A DNA stretch of 49,612 nucleotides, from IMG/VR virus record IMGVR_UViG_3300036771_000020, positions 1-49,612 of that record, one strand, 5' to 3'. Within the stretch, counting starts at the first letter, position 1. Every line of letters starts with the position of its first letter. The notes under the pieces are model-generated. The model was not told the origin of the DNA. It made no database searches and saw only the letters and a list, made by a program, of their open reading frames with translations. This document shows, piece by piece, positions 1 to 9,859 of this stretch. The position numbers and the translations under genes were made by a program. Origin of the DNA: a virus. Its lineage: Duplodnaviria; Caudoviricetes.

Positions 1-381
1 CGATTTTTCTGGATCGAGGAAGATCTGATCGCCGTTAATTGGGTTGCGGAAATGCACGCCCGCTTCGGTGATCTTACGAATGTCGCCGAGGCTGAAGACC
101 TGGAAACCGCCGGAGTCGGTCAGAATGGGGCCTTTCCACTGCATGAAGTCGTGCAGATCGCCGTGCAGCTTCATAATTTCCTGGCCGGGGCGCAGCCACA
201 GGTGGAAGGTGTTACCGAGGATGATTTGCGCGCCGGTGTCCTGAACTTCTTCCGGCGTCATCCCTTTTACGGTGCCGTAGGTGCCAACGGGCATAAAAGC
301 AGGCGTTTCAACTACGCCACGGTCAAACACCAGGCGGCCACGGCGTGCGCGACCGTCGGTGGTATCTAATTCAAATTTCAC
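1..381 (-). CDS. tgt: tRNA-guanine transglycosylase (queuine tRNA-ribosyltransferase), 5' part; runs off the window
   Basis: Manual minus-strand translation from GTG at 381 (RBS GGAGG): [40 protein letters not shown]...[13 protein letters not shown]. Confidence 0.97.
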   Translation of the reverse strand, partial: MKFELDTTDGRARRGRLVFDRGVVETPAFMPVGTYGTVKGMTPEEVQDTGAQIILGNTFHLWLRPGQEIMKLHGDLHDFMQWKGPILTDSGGFQVFSLGDIRKITEAGVHFRNPINGDQIFLDPEKS

Positions 382-390
382 ATTTCCTCC

Positions 391-413
391 AGCATCAGAG
401 AAACAGTCTGATG
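391..413. repeat. att core (tgt side), AGCATCAGAGAAACAGTCTGATG
   Basis: Identical to 48770..48792; CATCAGA/TCTGATG inverted repeats flank a 7-bp overlap GAAACAG, the typical tyrosine-recombinase core. Confidence 0.96.
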
Positions 414-514
414 ATCTACAAAAGCCGTACAGTCTAAACCAACAGCCAAAGCCGCACCACAAGCCAGTCGCTAAAGTTTCGCTTTGCTGATTTTTGTCAT
501 TATATGCATCCCTG

Positions 515-543
515 TGTCATTTCTTTGGCACAAATCCGTCACA
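515..543. promoter_or_regulatory. Putative integrase arm-type sites
   Basis: TGTCAT, TGGCACA and CGTCACA at 11-bp spacing (515, 526, 537); matching pair at 48656/48667. Confidence 0.55.
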
Positions 544-552
544 GTTTTACCT

Positions 553-933
553 TCACATCACCGGCACATCGTCGAACTCACCTGACCGCGCATCGTTCAG
601 AATCCACGTTACGACACCGAACACTCCATCATCCTCGAAATTGTTATCCATCACGAATTTTAGGTCTGGGTTGTCTATGTCTTCTAAATGCTCTTTGGGC
701 AGCGTCTTATATCGCAGAACTCGAAACTCAGCCTGTACCGTAGCTATCACGATAGAGCCATCGCAGGGCTTCTGGCCGCTGTCTACGACGAGATATGCAC
801 CACTCATGATGCCAGCTCGCCAGTGCGTGTCGCCTGATCGGACAAGGTATGTTGAGCTTGGGCTCGTGATGCACTTAGCGTCCAGGCTTACGCGCTGCTC
901 TGTGTAGTCTTTTGCCGGGGATGGGAATGCCAT
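553..933 (-). CDS. UmuD'-like (HumD-type) S24-fold protein lacking the catalytic residues
   Basis: Starts MAFPSPAKDYTEQRVSLD (compare UmuD' GFPSPAADYVEQRIDL); GDTH and VLRY replace GDSM and VKKL; ATG at 933. Confidence 0.85.
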   Translation of the reverse strand: MAFPSPAKDYTEQRVSLDAKCITSPSSTYLVRSGDTHWRAGIMSGAYLVVDSGQKPCDGSIVIATVQAEFRVLRYKTLPKEHLEDIDNPDLKFVMDNNFEDDGVFGVVTWILNDARSGEFDDVPVM

Positions 934-954
934 GGTGAGTACCTCTGATGAACA

Positions 955-970
955 CTGTATGCATAAACAG
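955..970. promoter_or_regulatory. LexA (SOS) box
   Basis: CTGTATGCATAAACAG matches CTGT-N8-ACAG, 21 bp upstream of the umuD'-like start. Confidence 0.88.
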
Positions 971-1059
971 TATTTCAAAAGTGATGGTTGATCAAGTGCT
1001 GATCAGATTCTTCCGTAGTGCTAAACTTCGCCATTACTCAAAACTATGTATACAGACAA

Positions 1060-1425
1060 ATGCTTAAGCTATTTTCGAAATATTTTACTGTCGGCGTTTT
1101 CAATACCGCGATCCACTGGGCCGTATTTGCCGCTTGTCTCTACTTATTTAATACAAACCAAGCACTAGCAAACTTCGCGGCGTTCTGTGTTGCTGTGACA
1201 TTTTCATTTTTTGCAAATGCAAGGTACACATTCAAGGCTCAGGCAACATCTGGGCGTTACATGCTTTACATTGTCTTTATGGGGCTGCTGAGCGCGGCCA
1301 CAGGCTGGCTTGCTGATGTATGCGGACTACCCGCACTGTTTACGCTGATTGCTTTCTCAGCAATTAGTCTCGTTTGTGGTTTTTTCTATTCTAAATTCAT
1401 CGTTTTCCGGAGTGAAAAGGCGTGA
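1060..1425 (+). CDS. gtrA: Bactoprenol-linked glucose translocase
   Basis: [23 protein letters not shown]..., about 120 aa with four hydrophobic segments, first gene of the gtr cluster. Confidence 0.93.
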   Translation: MLKLFSKYFTVGVFNTAIHWAVFAACLYLFNTNQALANFAAFCVAVTFSFFANARYTFKAQATSGRYMLYIVFMGLLSAATGWLADVCGLPALFTLIAFSAISLVCGFFYSKFIVFRSEKA

Positions 1426-2342
1426 ATATTTCTCTTGTTGTTCCTGTCTTCAATGAAGAAGACACAATCCCCATTTTCTATAAGACGGTTCGCGAGTTCG
1501 AAGCGTTGAAAGAGCACGATGTTGAAATCGTTTTTATCAACGATGGAAGCAAAGACTCAACGGAGGCGATTATCAATGCGCTGGCTTTGTCTGACAGTAG
1601 GGTAAAAGCCCTGTCGTTCACTCGCAACTTTGGCAAAGAACCTGCATTATTTGCTGGCCTGGATAATGCTACAGGCGACGCAGTAATCCCGATTGATGTC
1701 GATTTACAGGATCCGATTGAAGTCATTCCGCATCTGATTGAGAAATGGAAATCTGGGGCGGATATGGTGCTGGCTAAGCGCACTGACCGCTCTACTGATG
1801 GCCATCTGAAGCGCAAGTCCGCAGAGATGTTCTATAAGCTTCACAACAAGATAAGCAATCCGAAGATTGAAGAGAATGTTGGTGACTTCCGTTTGATGTC
1901 AAGGGAAGTTGTTGAGCACATAAAGCTACTTCCAGAGCGCAATCTCTTTATGAAGGGGATACTAAGTTGGGTTGGTGGTCGCACTGACGTTGTTGAATAT
2001 GCCAGGGCTGAACGTGTTGCTGGTGACTCAAAATTCAACGGCTGGAAGCTATGGAACCTTGCTTTGGAGGGAATAACCAGCTTTTCAACTTTCCCACTGC
2101 GCATCTGGACATACATCGGATTGGGCGTTTCTGCTTTCGCTTTCCTGTACGCTGCGTGGATGATCGTCGATAAGTTGATATGGGGTAACCCTGTTCCCGG
2201 CTATCCATCATTGATGACAGCAATCCTGTTCCTTGGCGGAGTTCAGCTTATTGGGATAGGCGTACTGGGTGAATACATTGGCAGAATTTACATGGAGGTT
2301 AAGAAAAGACCTCGATATATTTTGAAGGGAGATAAGAAGTGA
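1422..2342 (+). CDS. gtrB: Bactoprenol glucosyltransferase (GT2)
   Basis: [25 protein letters not shown] and DVDLQDP motifs; two C-terminal TM helices. Confidence 0.96.
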   Translation: MNISLVVPVFNEEDTIPIFYKTVREFEALKEHDVEIVFINDGSKDSTEAIINALALSDSRVKALSFTRNFGKEPALFAGLDNATGDAVIPIDVDLQDPIEVIPHLIEKWKSGADMVLAKRTDRSTDGHLKRKSAEMFYKLHNKISNPKIEENVGDFRLMSREVVEHIKLLPERNLFMKGILSWVGGRTDVVEYARAERVAGDSKFNGWKLWNLALEGITSFSTFPLRIWTYIGLGVSAFAFLYAAWMIVDKLIWGNPVPGYPSLMTAILFLGGVQLIGIGVLGEYIGRIYMEVKKRPRYILKGDKK

Positions 2343-4006
2343 TATTCAAGAATAGAAGCACTTTCACTATATTTGCTTTGGTATTTTTTGCTATTTTCTT
2401 AGTTGCATTAAAAACGCCAATGCATTCTGATGACTATAGTTACTACTCTCGCGGACTGGCACTTGATACTCACATCGCAAACTATATGCACTGGAGTGGT
2501 CGTGTTGTCGCAGACTATGTATCTACAGGGATGCTATTTTTTGATGACTTCAATATTCGCGCCCTTGTTAATTCACTTGGTGTTGCATTCCTAATAGCTA
2601 TCATTGCATCGATGCCATCAGCTATTACCAAACAAAAAACAAGGCCAGAGGTACTTGCCCTTGTATTTTTTATCTACTGGGTGGCGAATCCAAACATAGG
2701 TCAAAATGCATTCTGGGTTGTTGGTACGGCTAACTATGCATTCACAACCTTATTTGCATTTTGTTATATCTATCTTTTCACTAAATGGATAGATAACTAT
2801 AATGCCAAGAAGATTGGCGCACTGTTACTTCTGGGAGTTATAGCGGGATGCTCTAACGAAAACACATCAGTGACAATGGCAGGCCTGGCATTTCTTGCAA
2901 GCGCATATCTCATGTGGCAAAAACGTACCAGTATCGCTTATGCTACGATTCCAACCGCAGGAGTCATTATTGGCGCTCTTATTATTATCCTTGCGCCAGG
3001 TAACTATGTACGCGCAAAGCATCCGTTTTTTGTTGAGTTTGGAAAATTAAGTATTTTTGAAAAGGTACAAATTCATTTAACACAAAGAATTGAGTTTGCA
3101 TTCACATCGGCATGGGTAGTGTTTCTCATAGCCGCTGTGATGTTGGCTTTCATCGTTATAAAGAAACCATATAAGAGCGATTCGCAAGTTAAAGTTCTTC
3201 TGGCACTAAGTGCTTTCTTCTTCATGGGGTTCTTTGTAGATAACTTTGTTTTGTTTGCAGCGCCATATACACCACCACGCTCATATAGCAGTGGCTTTTG
3301 TTTCCTTATGCTTTCCTTGTCATTCCTATTGTCCGCTACGGTTTCATCAAAAGATGAAACAGATAGAAAGATAGCTTTGCTTGCAGCGCTAACAGGTATA
3401 GGTTTTATTGTTTCTTACTACCTTGTCTATAGTTCATACTCTAGAACTTTTACGCAAAACACCCTTCGCATTTCATCAGTTATAACGGAAAGAATGAAAG
3501 GGGAAAAAATCATATCTGTGCCTACATTCCATTTTGCGAGATTACTCAAAGGTGATGATCAGTTTGACCGCTACCACAATGAAGACAGCATGGGGTCATA
3601 CTTTGGCGTAACTAAAATACCTTCTAAAATTGCCACTTTCGATTACTCTGGCTTAGCCAGTAAACCGCTATGGACTGGTGATGTAGAGGTAACTGAAGGC
3701 ATTAATGTTACGGCAATTTATGCATCACCTCAGCAACCTATGATATATGGTACGCTAGTCTTCGAATTCAGTAAGAATGCAGATGAAATTGTCAACTGGA
3801 CTTCAGACAGTAAAATGTTTACTCATGTTTATCTGAAATCAGGAGGCTCGGTAACGCGCGACTTCAGCCGACTGACAATTCCTCTTTTTGGAAAATATTA
3901 CGGCGGTGTATTAATGCGAGGCATTGATATGAATGACATTAAAAGCATCTCTTTTGGCTATGAGGTTAATGGTAGAGCTAAAACTGTCTTTAACGTCAAG
4001 ATGTAA
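2339..4006 (+). CDS. gtrC: Serotype-specific glucosyltransferase (GtrC-type multi-pass membrane protein)
   Basis: Third gene of gtrAB; PMHSDDY and WSGR motifs, about 11 hydrophobic segments, soluble C-terminus, AT-rich. Confidence 0.8.
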   Translation: MIFKNRSTFTIFALVFFAIFLVALKTPMHSDDYSYYSRGLALDTHIANYMHWSGRVVADYVSTGMLFFDDFNIRALVNSLGVAFLIAIIASMPSAITKQKTRPEVLALVFFIYWVANPNIGQNAFWVVGTANYAFTTLFAFCYIYLFTKWIDNYNAKKIGALLLLGVIAGCSNENTSVTMAGLAFLASAYLMWQKRTSIAYATIPTAGVIIGALIIILAPGNYVRAKHPFFVEFGKLSIFEKVQIHLTQRIEFAFTSAWVVFLIAAVMLAFIVIKKPYKSDSQVKVLLALSAFFFMGFFVDNFVLFAAPYTPPRSYSSGFCFLMLSLSFLLSATVSSKDETDRKIALLAALTGIGFIVSYYLVYSSYSRTFTQNTLRISSVITERMKGEKIISVPTFHFARLLKGDDQFDRYHNEDSMGSYFGVTKIPSKIATFDYSGLASKPLWTGDVEVTEGINVTAIYASPQQPMIYGTLVFEFSKNADEIVNWTSDSKMFTHVYLKSGGSVTRDFSRLTIPLFGKYYGGVLMRGIDMNDIKSISFGYEVNGRAKTVFNVKM

Positions 4007-4038
4007 AAAAAAATGCCCACGAAAGTGGGCTTTTTTTT
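4005..4038. terminator. Bidirectional intrinsic terminator
   Basis: A-run, GCCCAC-GAAA-GTGGGC, T-run, between the convergent gtrC and tailspike genes. Confidence 0.9.
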
Positions 4039-5980
4039 ATTGGCTTAAAATGACCTCAAAGGCATATGTACCAGTATTAGGAGGAACTCCAGCCCCTGCA
4101 ATCGTATAAACAGATAGGGTGAATGTTTTAGACGCATTTGCAGTCACAACATACTGATGAGCCGAGTTCGATTGAACCCTGGCTGTATCGCAAGCTGCTT
4201 GTGTGACGTGTGGATGAAATGCAACAACAACACTTGAAGATGTCATTGTCACTCCGCTAACAAGACCCCAAACATCACTGGATATTGTAGCTACGCCTGC
4301 GGCTACAGAAACTTTCACTTTCCGTGACCAATCAACTGTCATATCAGTTACGTACTGTTGCAAGCTTGACAGACTAAAGAAACTACGAGGAGACTTAATA
4401 TTGCTTAGCTTAAGACCAGAGGTTGCCGCAAGGAATGTAAATAAGGTTTGTTTTCCACCAGTATCAGCGTCATCAACATAATCAAGAACATTTGATATGG
4501 TTATATCTGTGCACGCTCCAAGGTAAAATGGCCTTCCACCGCTGCCTATTTTTGTAATAATCCCATCAAACATACAGTTCTGTACGGCAGCACTAAAACC
4601 AATACAATCTCCATAGCTAAGACCTGCGCCTGGTTTTGGTTGAACTTCAATTATGAGGTTACTAATTCGTGACCCCTTAAGCATGTAACCTGAATTAACA
4701 CCAGATTGAAAGCCATAAACCAGTAATCCGTCTTGATACTTCTTAACATAAACAATTGCATTCGTAATGAGGCTGTTTAACACATTCCCATTCTCAGTAA
4801 ATACAGAGATTCCACTATTGCTTCCATCGCCGATGAACGTGCTTATGATATTCCTATCACTTTTCCTTATATTCATAAGGTGCATATTTCGATCATCTTT
4901 ATCTGTGTATCTAGCGATCATATGCGTAGCAATGGTGTTTATACATCCGTCATACGTATTACCATTACTACCACTCCGGGATACATACAGCATGTGACGG
5001 CCGTCATTTCCAGCCCCGGCTTCAAAAAATACTCCGTTAATTATGGCGTCTCTGGTTTCATCAAGAAGCACCGCATACCCTCCAGCAGCTCTATCAGGAT
5101 GATAAACAGTTCCTTTTGCTCTTGTATTTAATATAAATGAGCCATGACTATTACTTACACTCACACTTCCTGTGAAACCGCTGCTGTCTGTACCATTGAG
5201 TGTTGGGTAATTAGAATCCCTAACCCAAATTGCATAAGCCGGGGTTCCTGTAGCTAAGACGGCACCACCAGCCTTTAATGACCTAATGCTTATCGAGTCA
5301 GCATTACTTACATTGCCTGCGCTAGCTCTGGCATCAGCAGCAATAGCTTGTATCCCAGTCGAGCCAGGAATAGTTACAATACCTCCGCGTCCCTCGTAGA
5401 CTTGATCAGTAGACAGAGGAATTGCAGTCGTTCTTGTTAAATTTGTTCCTACCTCAACATCAAAGCCGGTTGCCAGCGCACCCTCAATTCCGGATGCGTA
5501 CCCGTCAGGCCTACGGTCAATCCTATCCAAATCTGCCTGCAAAGTACCCCTGTGGTTTGTGCCTATGAGCTGAGCGCCTGTTGACGATGCAAGCATTGAG
5601 CGCAGAAGTGAGTCGCCGATGCTTAACCACGCACCTGGACCGATGCCGCCCGTTGAATCGGGGGTTGAAGCAGCAGGAACTTCTTTCGGCAAATTACCCG
5701 TCCATTTGTAATATTCCCCATTGCTTTCCCACAACAGAGCCTGATTAGGGTTTGTCAGCGTTGCACCGTCCTCAAATGAACTAATTGTCACATAACCGAA
5801 GTTTGACATAGCATCGAAGGCAAGTTGCTTAATACCTTCGATGGTGTAATGAGCGCTACCGAATCGGTCGATGTACTGGAGTGCTAGAGAAGTGACAAAT
5901 TCATCAATCTTCCCCGCGTTATATTTCAAATCTTGCGGTAATTCAGATGCAACTGGGGTCTGACTCGGAGTGGTAGCCAT
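4037..5980 (-). CDS. Tailspike / receptor-binding protein (probable beta-helix depolymerase)
   Basis: N-terminal virion-attachment segment (MATTPSQTPVASE..DLKYNAGKIDEFVTS..YIDRFG), then a Gly/Asn/Ser-rich beta-type body; last tail gene. Confidence 0.82.
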   Translation of the reverse strand: MATTPSQTPVASELPQDLKYNAGKIDEFVTSLALQYIDRFGSAHYTIEGIKQLAFDAMSNFGYVTISSFEDGATLTNPNQALLWESNGEYYKWTGNLPKEVPAASTPDSTGGIGPGAWLSIGDSLLRSMLASSTGAQLIGTNHRGTLQADLDRIDRRPDGYASGIEGALATGFDVEVGTNLTRTTAIPLSTDQVYEGRGGIVTIPGSTGIQAIAADARASAGNVSNADSISIRSLKAGGAVLATGTPAYAIWVRDSNYPTLNGTDSSGFTGSVSVSNSHGSFILNTRAKGTVYHPDRAAGGYAVLLDETRDAIINGVFFEAGAGNDGRHMLYVSRSGSNGNTYDGCINTIATHMIARYTDKDDRNMHLMNIRKSDRNIISTFIGDGSNSGISVFTENGNVLNSLITNAIVYVKKYQDGLLVYGFQSGVNSGYMLKGSRISNLIIEVQPKPGAGLSYGDCIGFSAAVQNCMFDGIITKIGSGGRPFYLGACTDITISNVLDYVDDADTGGKQTLFTFLAATSGLKLSNIKSPRSFFSLSSLQQYVTDMTVDWSRKVKVSVAAGVATISSDVWGLVSGVTMTSSSVVVAFHPHVTQAACDTARVQSNSAHQYVVTANASKTFTLSVYTIAGAGVPPNTGTYAFEVILSQ

Positions 5981-5991
5981 AATTTTTCCAT

Positions 5992-6018
5992 AAAAAAACC
6001 CGGCGCATTGGCCGGGTT
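5992..6018 (-). terminator. Intrinsic terminator upstream of the tailspike gene
   Basis: AACCCGG-N-CCGGG followed by a T-run on the minus strand. Confidence 0.7.
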
Positions 6019-6039
6019 CGGAGTTGGATGAAGGTTTAG

Positions 6040-8523
6040 TTAGGGGTAAATCAGATCGCTATATTCGCGCACTGTGAGTGCGGTCGTGCCGTCTGTGCCT
6101 GGTGATTTGTCTGTTATCTCCCAGCGTGTACTGTCCAGCTCTTCCGTGGTCGCAATGTAGTAACGGGATGGTGACTGCACATCGAAGCCGTCAAAGATAT
6201 TCAGCTCAATATTTGGTATGGCCGCGCTAAATCCAAAAGAAGTATCGCTGAGCGGCTGAGCTGGGTATCGAGCCGTTGGCGTACCGTTGTAGTCGGTAAC
6301 GGTGACGAACATCGAACCAGAAAAATTAATGCGCTCGCTGGTTTCGAAGTTATTTCCGCTCCGTGAAATGATGTAGCCGGATTGCTGATTGGTGTCATAT
6401 GTATCCGGGATTTGTAACATATCCCCGACATTCAGCCATTCCCCATCAGCCAGTGCGGTAATGCTCATCCCCATGCGGCAATAGATAAGGCGCTTACACT
6501 CTCTGAGCGCTCGCTCATTAGCTTGATACTCGTCACGGATATACATCATCTCGAGCTTTTTCGGCTTCACGGCTGCACCGGCTACGATAGCGCCGTTGCT
6601 TATCCTGTAACGGATAAATGCCTGCTTGTTGTTCGTGGGGTTTCGGTACTGCAACTCAACCCCATCAAAACCACCCGGCAGCGTCATGTCATAGCTTAGC
6701 GAGTACCCCGTTTCCACTGTATTATTGCGGTTAAGGACTGTAGCCGGGGTTGTGCGTTTCTTATCTCGAGTAAATGAAAGGACATCGTCATCCCATCGAA
6801 CAGTGACTGATGCCGCATCACAGATGGTTTCAATGCGAGAACCAAGAGACACATCCTCGTCATCAAACGTATAGTTGAATCTACCCAGCCGCTCATCAAT
6901 CGCGTCGATCTCTGCCTGGATTTGATAAAGTCCATAAAGGTCGATGTTACTTTCAGACTGCTTACCCATAACAAGCCAGGTATGTGCTACAACATCAGCA
7001 AAACGTAGGGACGGCCTCAGAGTGTAGTCAACAGATTGGGTACTCAGCGAGTAACTTATCGTGTGCCGATTAATCATCGCGTTGTATTTCAATTCTCGAC
7101 CTGACGAGTTTTCCGTAGCTCTAACTTTAATGATTACAGTAGTGTCATTTGGATGACTGACATTTGTCCGAACGTTTATTGAGTGGATTTCCTCGACAAC
7201 CAGCTTACTCGCATCACTTGAGTTATCAGTTCTGTTGAAAGAGAGCGCATAACGTCCGCGCCCGGCTGCTGGCGTAATTTTGTCGGTTCTGTAGAACGTC
7301 TCGCTTATGTAGTCATGAGGCGTTGTTTGCCGGTATGTGAATGTCTGCGCGGTGCCAGGTATCTGGTTGTTATTGCTGTCCACCTTCCAGATTTGTAGCT
7401 GCCAGTTAGTTTCACTATTGCCGCCCAGACCGGAATTCGTATGCACCCACAGTTGGTCAGAATCAACAGGTGAAAAGAATGGGCCGGTAATCAGCGCTGC
7501 GTTGTCATTCAGAATAAACTTCGTGGTATTGATGGTTGCAGTGGTGATATATGACGCGCTTGAGCCGTTAATACTGTCGAATGTAAACGTGTACCAGTAT
7601 GTGGGATTGATAACGGCCCCGTCGCTGGTCTGCGCGGCACCGATTAAGTTAGCGAACAACGTCACATCTTCTGTCTTTGTGCCACCCGGAACGGGATATG
7701 TGATGTTCAGCACCATCGAAACAGCATGCGGAAAAGTCAGATCCATGAAGTAGTCAAACTCAGCCTGCTTCACAATTTTCACTGCTAATTGACCACCGGC
7801 ATAATTTCCGCTGACCATTGTTGTTGCGGTCGCAGTATAAAGCGGCGTTCCTGTATCTTCATTCTTACCCGGCACTTCCTGACCGTCCACATCGTCAAAC
7901 TCATACCCTTCGTAAAGAATCGGTATGACATCGCCTGGCTGCTGAATGCTGTAAGACGCTCCGGCCATGCTGCCAACGCTGGATTCTGAGTAGCGAACCT
8001 GGCTTACGTCATACTTTCCGATGCCAAAGTTCATGTATTGCGTGACTTCTTTCTTGTTGTCGATGTACTCAAAAAGAGACTGCTGGATCAGGTCTGGATA
8101 TGCACGGATAAGACCGTAGTTATCAGGCCTCGCTTCACCGTTGCGGGCAATGTTCGTTTGCCCCTTCAGGCTATTATTCGGTGATGTTTTGCTCTGCCCT
8201 GCGGCCCCTGATGCGTTTGGCTGCTTGATGAAGGAACTCATCACTTTTTGCGTAAACTTAATCGGGTTGAAGTGCTCTAGGGGATTGAGGAGTGTCTTTG
8301 CCAGATCGCCAGATTTCGGCTGGTCGAAAATGATAATTCGGTCGTCGGCATTGATAGTGAAATCTACATCATCATCGTCCTGCAACTCCCGCCCGTTAAT
8401 GATAGCTCGCACATCGCTGTGTACTCCCGCAGCTTCAAGCCACTCGCTGAACAGCAACCCCGCAGGTGCATGCATCCGTTGCTTCGGCAGCCCCGGCACT
8501 CTCTGTATTTCGATTACCGGCAT
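6040..8523 (-). CDS. Central tail tip / host-specificity (baseplate hub) protein
   Basis: About 827 aa from MPVIEIQRVPG; NIARNGEARPDNYG motif; follows NlpC/P60 in the tail module. Confidence 0.8.
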   Translation of the reverse strand: MPVIEIQRVPGLPKQRMHAPAGLLFSEWLEAAGVHSDVRAIINGRELQDDDDVDFTINADDRIIIFDQPKSGDLAKTLLNPLEHFNPIKFTQKVMSSFIKQPNASGAAGQSKTSPNNSLKGQTNIARNGEARPDNYGLIRAYPDLIQQSLFEYIDNKKEVTQYMNFGIGKYDVSQVRYSESSVGSMAGASYSIQQPGDVIPILYEGYEFDDVDGQEVPGKNEDTGTPLYTATATTMVSGNYAGGQLAVKIVKQAEFDYFMDLTFPHAVSMVLNITYPVPGGTKTEDVTLFANLIGAAQTSDGAVINPTYWYTFTFDSINGSSASYITTATINTTKFILNDNAALITGPFFSPVDSDQLWVHTNSGLGGNSETNWQLQIWKVDSNNNQIPGTAQTFTYRQTTPHDYISETFYRTDKITPAAGRGRYALSFNRTDNSSDASKLVVEEIHSINVRTNVSHPNDTTVIIKVRATENSSGRELKYNAMINRHTISYSLSTQSVDYTLRPSLRFADVVAHTWLVMGKQSESNIDLYGLYQIQAEIDAIDERLGRFNYTFDDEDVSLGSRIETICDAASVTVRWDDDVLSFTRDKKRTTPATVLNRNNTVETGYSLSYDMTLPGGFDGVELQYRNPTNNKQAFIRYRISNGAIVAGAAVKPKKLEMMYIRDEYQANERALRECKRLIYCRMGMSITALADGEWLNVGDMLQIPDTYDTNQQSGYIISRSGNNFETSERINFSGSMFVTVTDYNGTPTARYPAQPLSDTSFGFSAAIPNIELNIFDGFDVQSPSRYYIATTEELDSTRWEITDKSPGTDGTTALTVREYSDLIYP

Positions 8524-8902
8524 ATTCCATAAACTCCACTCTGGTAAATAATTTCTGGATAGTTCTGACCTGGTCTGAGCGAACGTGTCCATTCTCGCCA
8601 CGACTGTGCAGCGCCCTGCCATCGACAATCAGTCCGACATGCACCGGCTGCGCACCGTAGTGCGCAATGAAGATATCGCCGTCTTTGAAGTGCTCTGTCG
8701 ACTGCCAGTAAACGACCTCGCTCTCAAAACATGTCATGAAGTCAGCGCCGGATTCGTAGCCCGGAGAATTGTGCAGCTCAATGCCGAGTACGTTCCTGTA
8801 GTAGAGAACGACCAGGCCCCAGCAATCTACGGCATCAAACGTGCATGCGCGGTTTCGCCAGGGCTTACCGATGACATGATGCAGGAATTCTTGTTTACGC
8901 AT
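8435..8902 (-). CDS. NlpC/P60 tail-tip protein
   Basis: GKPW...DCWGLV...HVG..HS catalytic Cys/His pattern. Confidence 0.88.
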   Translation of the reverse strand: MRKQEFLHHVIGKPWRNRACTFDAVDCWGLVVLYYRNVLGIELHNSPGYESGADFMTCFESEVVYWQSTEHFKDGDIFIAHYGAQPVHVGLIVDGRALHSRGENGHVRSDQVRTIQKLFTRVEFMEYAGNRNTESAGAAEATDACTCGVAVQRVA

Positions 8903-9365
8903 TTTGCAGTCCGGGAAACTCTTCGACGTTGTAGAGAATGCCGATGTTGGCGTTGAGAGGGTTTTTGATAGTCAGCGATACAGTCACATCGCTGGCGTCC
9001 ATGCTGATATCACTAACGAACAGCGTCCAGGGCTTAAGGGGTGTGTTCATATCGCTGGCATCAAAGCGCTGATACGTGAACTGGATAGGCACAATCCTGT
9101 CGAATGCTTTCCATTGCTTAAGCTGCGTCTTAAAGTCGGTCGCCAGCCGGCTGAATTTCACTGTCGAGGCGATCACCGGCGTAGAACTCTGCTGGCTCTC
9201 TGCAATCTCCATCCTGCACGGCTGATATAGCTGGCCTGCAAACGTTTTTGCAAATACCTGGTCTTTCACTAGGCGGATATAGCCAAAGGTTTCGCTGTAA
9301 ATGGTTATTGTGTCGTAGAGAATGCGATTTGGTCTGCGGCTCTTGTACTCTCTAAATGTCGCCAT
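8895..9365 (-). CDS. Minor tail protein
   Basis: 156 aa between the distal tail protein and NlpC/P60; ends in FPGL. Confidence 0.7.
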   Translation of the reverse strand: MATFREYKSRRPNRILYDTITIYSETFGYIRLVKDQVFAKTFAGQLYQPCRMEIAESQQSSTPVIASTVKFSRLATDFKTQLKQWKAFDRIVPIQFTYQRFDASDMNTPLKPWTLFVSDISMDASDVTVSLTIKNPLNANIGILYNVEEFPGLQNA

Positions 9366-9859
9366 TAAGGAACCCTCGGCAAAGATTCCGGGTCGCGATT
9401 ATCTGGATACCCGGTCACGATAATATCAAGCCAGCTTGCCCACGGTGGCGGTAGCTCTACAACTATGTCGTCGTAGTCATCATCTGAGTTCATGAGCTTG
9501 CGAGTTATCACGTCTCCGGTCCATGTAAACACTGAACCGCTCTGACTCCATGTCGGATAAGCAGTAAAATGAAGCTCTTGCACTTCTGCTTCTCCACTTG
9601 GGCCCGAACCAATACCAACACGCATCGTGAACCACTGATTACAATTGTCCAGATAGTTAGGGCTGCGTAACCACTGTATGAAGGCGCGGTGCTGCGCCAG
9701 AGTGAAAACCCATGTCAGCGAAAAACCGGTTTTCAGATCGTCGGTTAACTTCTGGAATATTGGCGCACCGACTACTGGCAAATCAGTTCTGAATCCCGTA
9801 TCTGGCTTGGGTGTTTTCGACTTCTGAGCCAAGGGCAACCAGTCTGGGTAATCAATCAT
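9365..9859 (-). CDS. Distal tail protein (putative)
   Basis: Directly after the tape measure gene; IDYPDWLPL N-terminus. Confidence 0.65.
   Translation of the reverse strand: MIDYPDWLPLAQKSKTPKPDTGFRTDLPVVGAPIFQKLTDDLKTGFSLTWVFTLAQHRAFIQWLRSPNYLDNCNQWFTMRVGIGSGPSGEAEVQELHFTAYPTWSQSGSVFTWTGDVITRKLMNSDDDYDDIVVELPPPWASWLDIIVTGYPDNRDPESLPRVP

Noticed and set aside
44-490. Plus-strand ORFs 44..244, 52..369 and 281..490
   Set aside because: Antisense shadows of tgt and the att region; the real gene is on the minus strand
1041-1056. Possible second LexA box near gtrA (ACTATGTATACAG)
   Set aside because: No CTG half-site at the required 16-bp spacing
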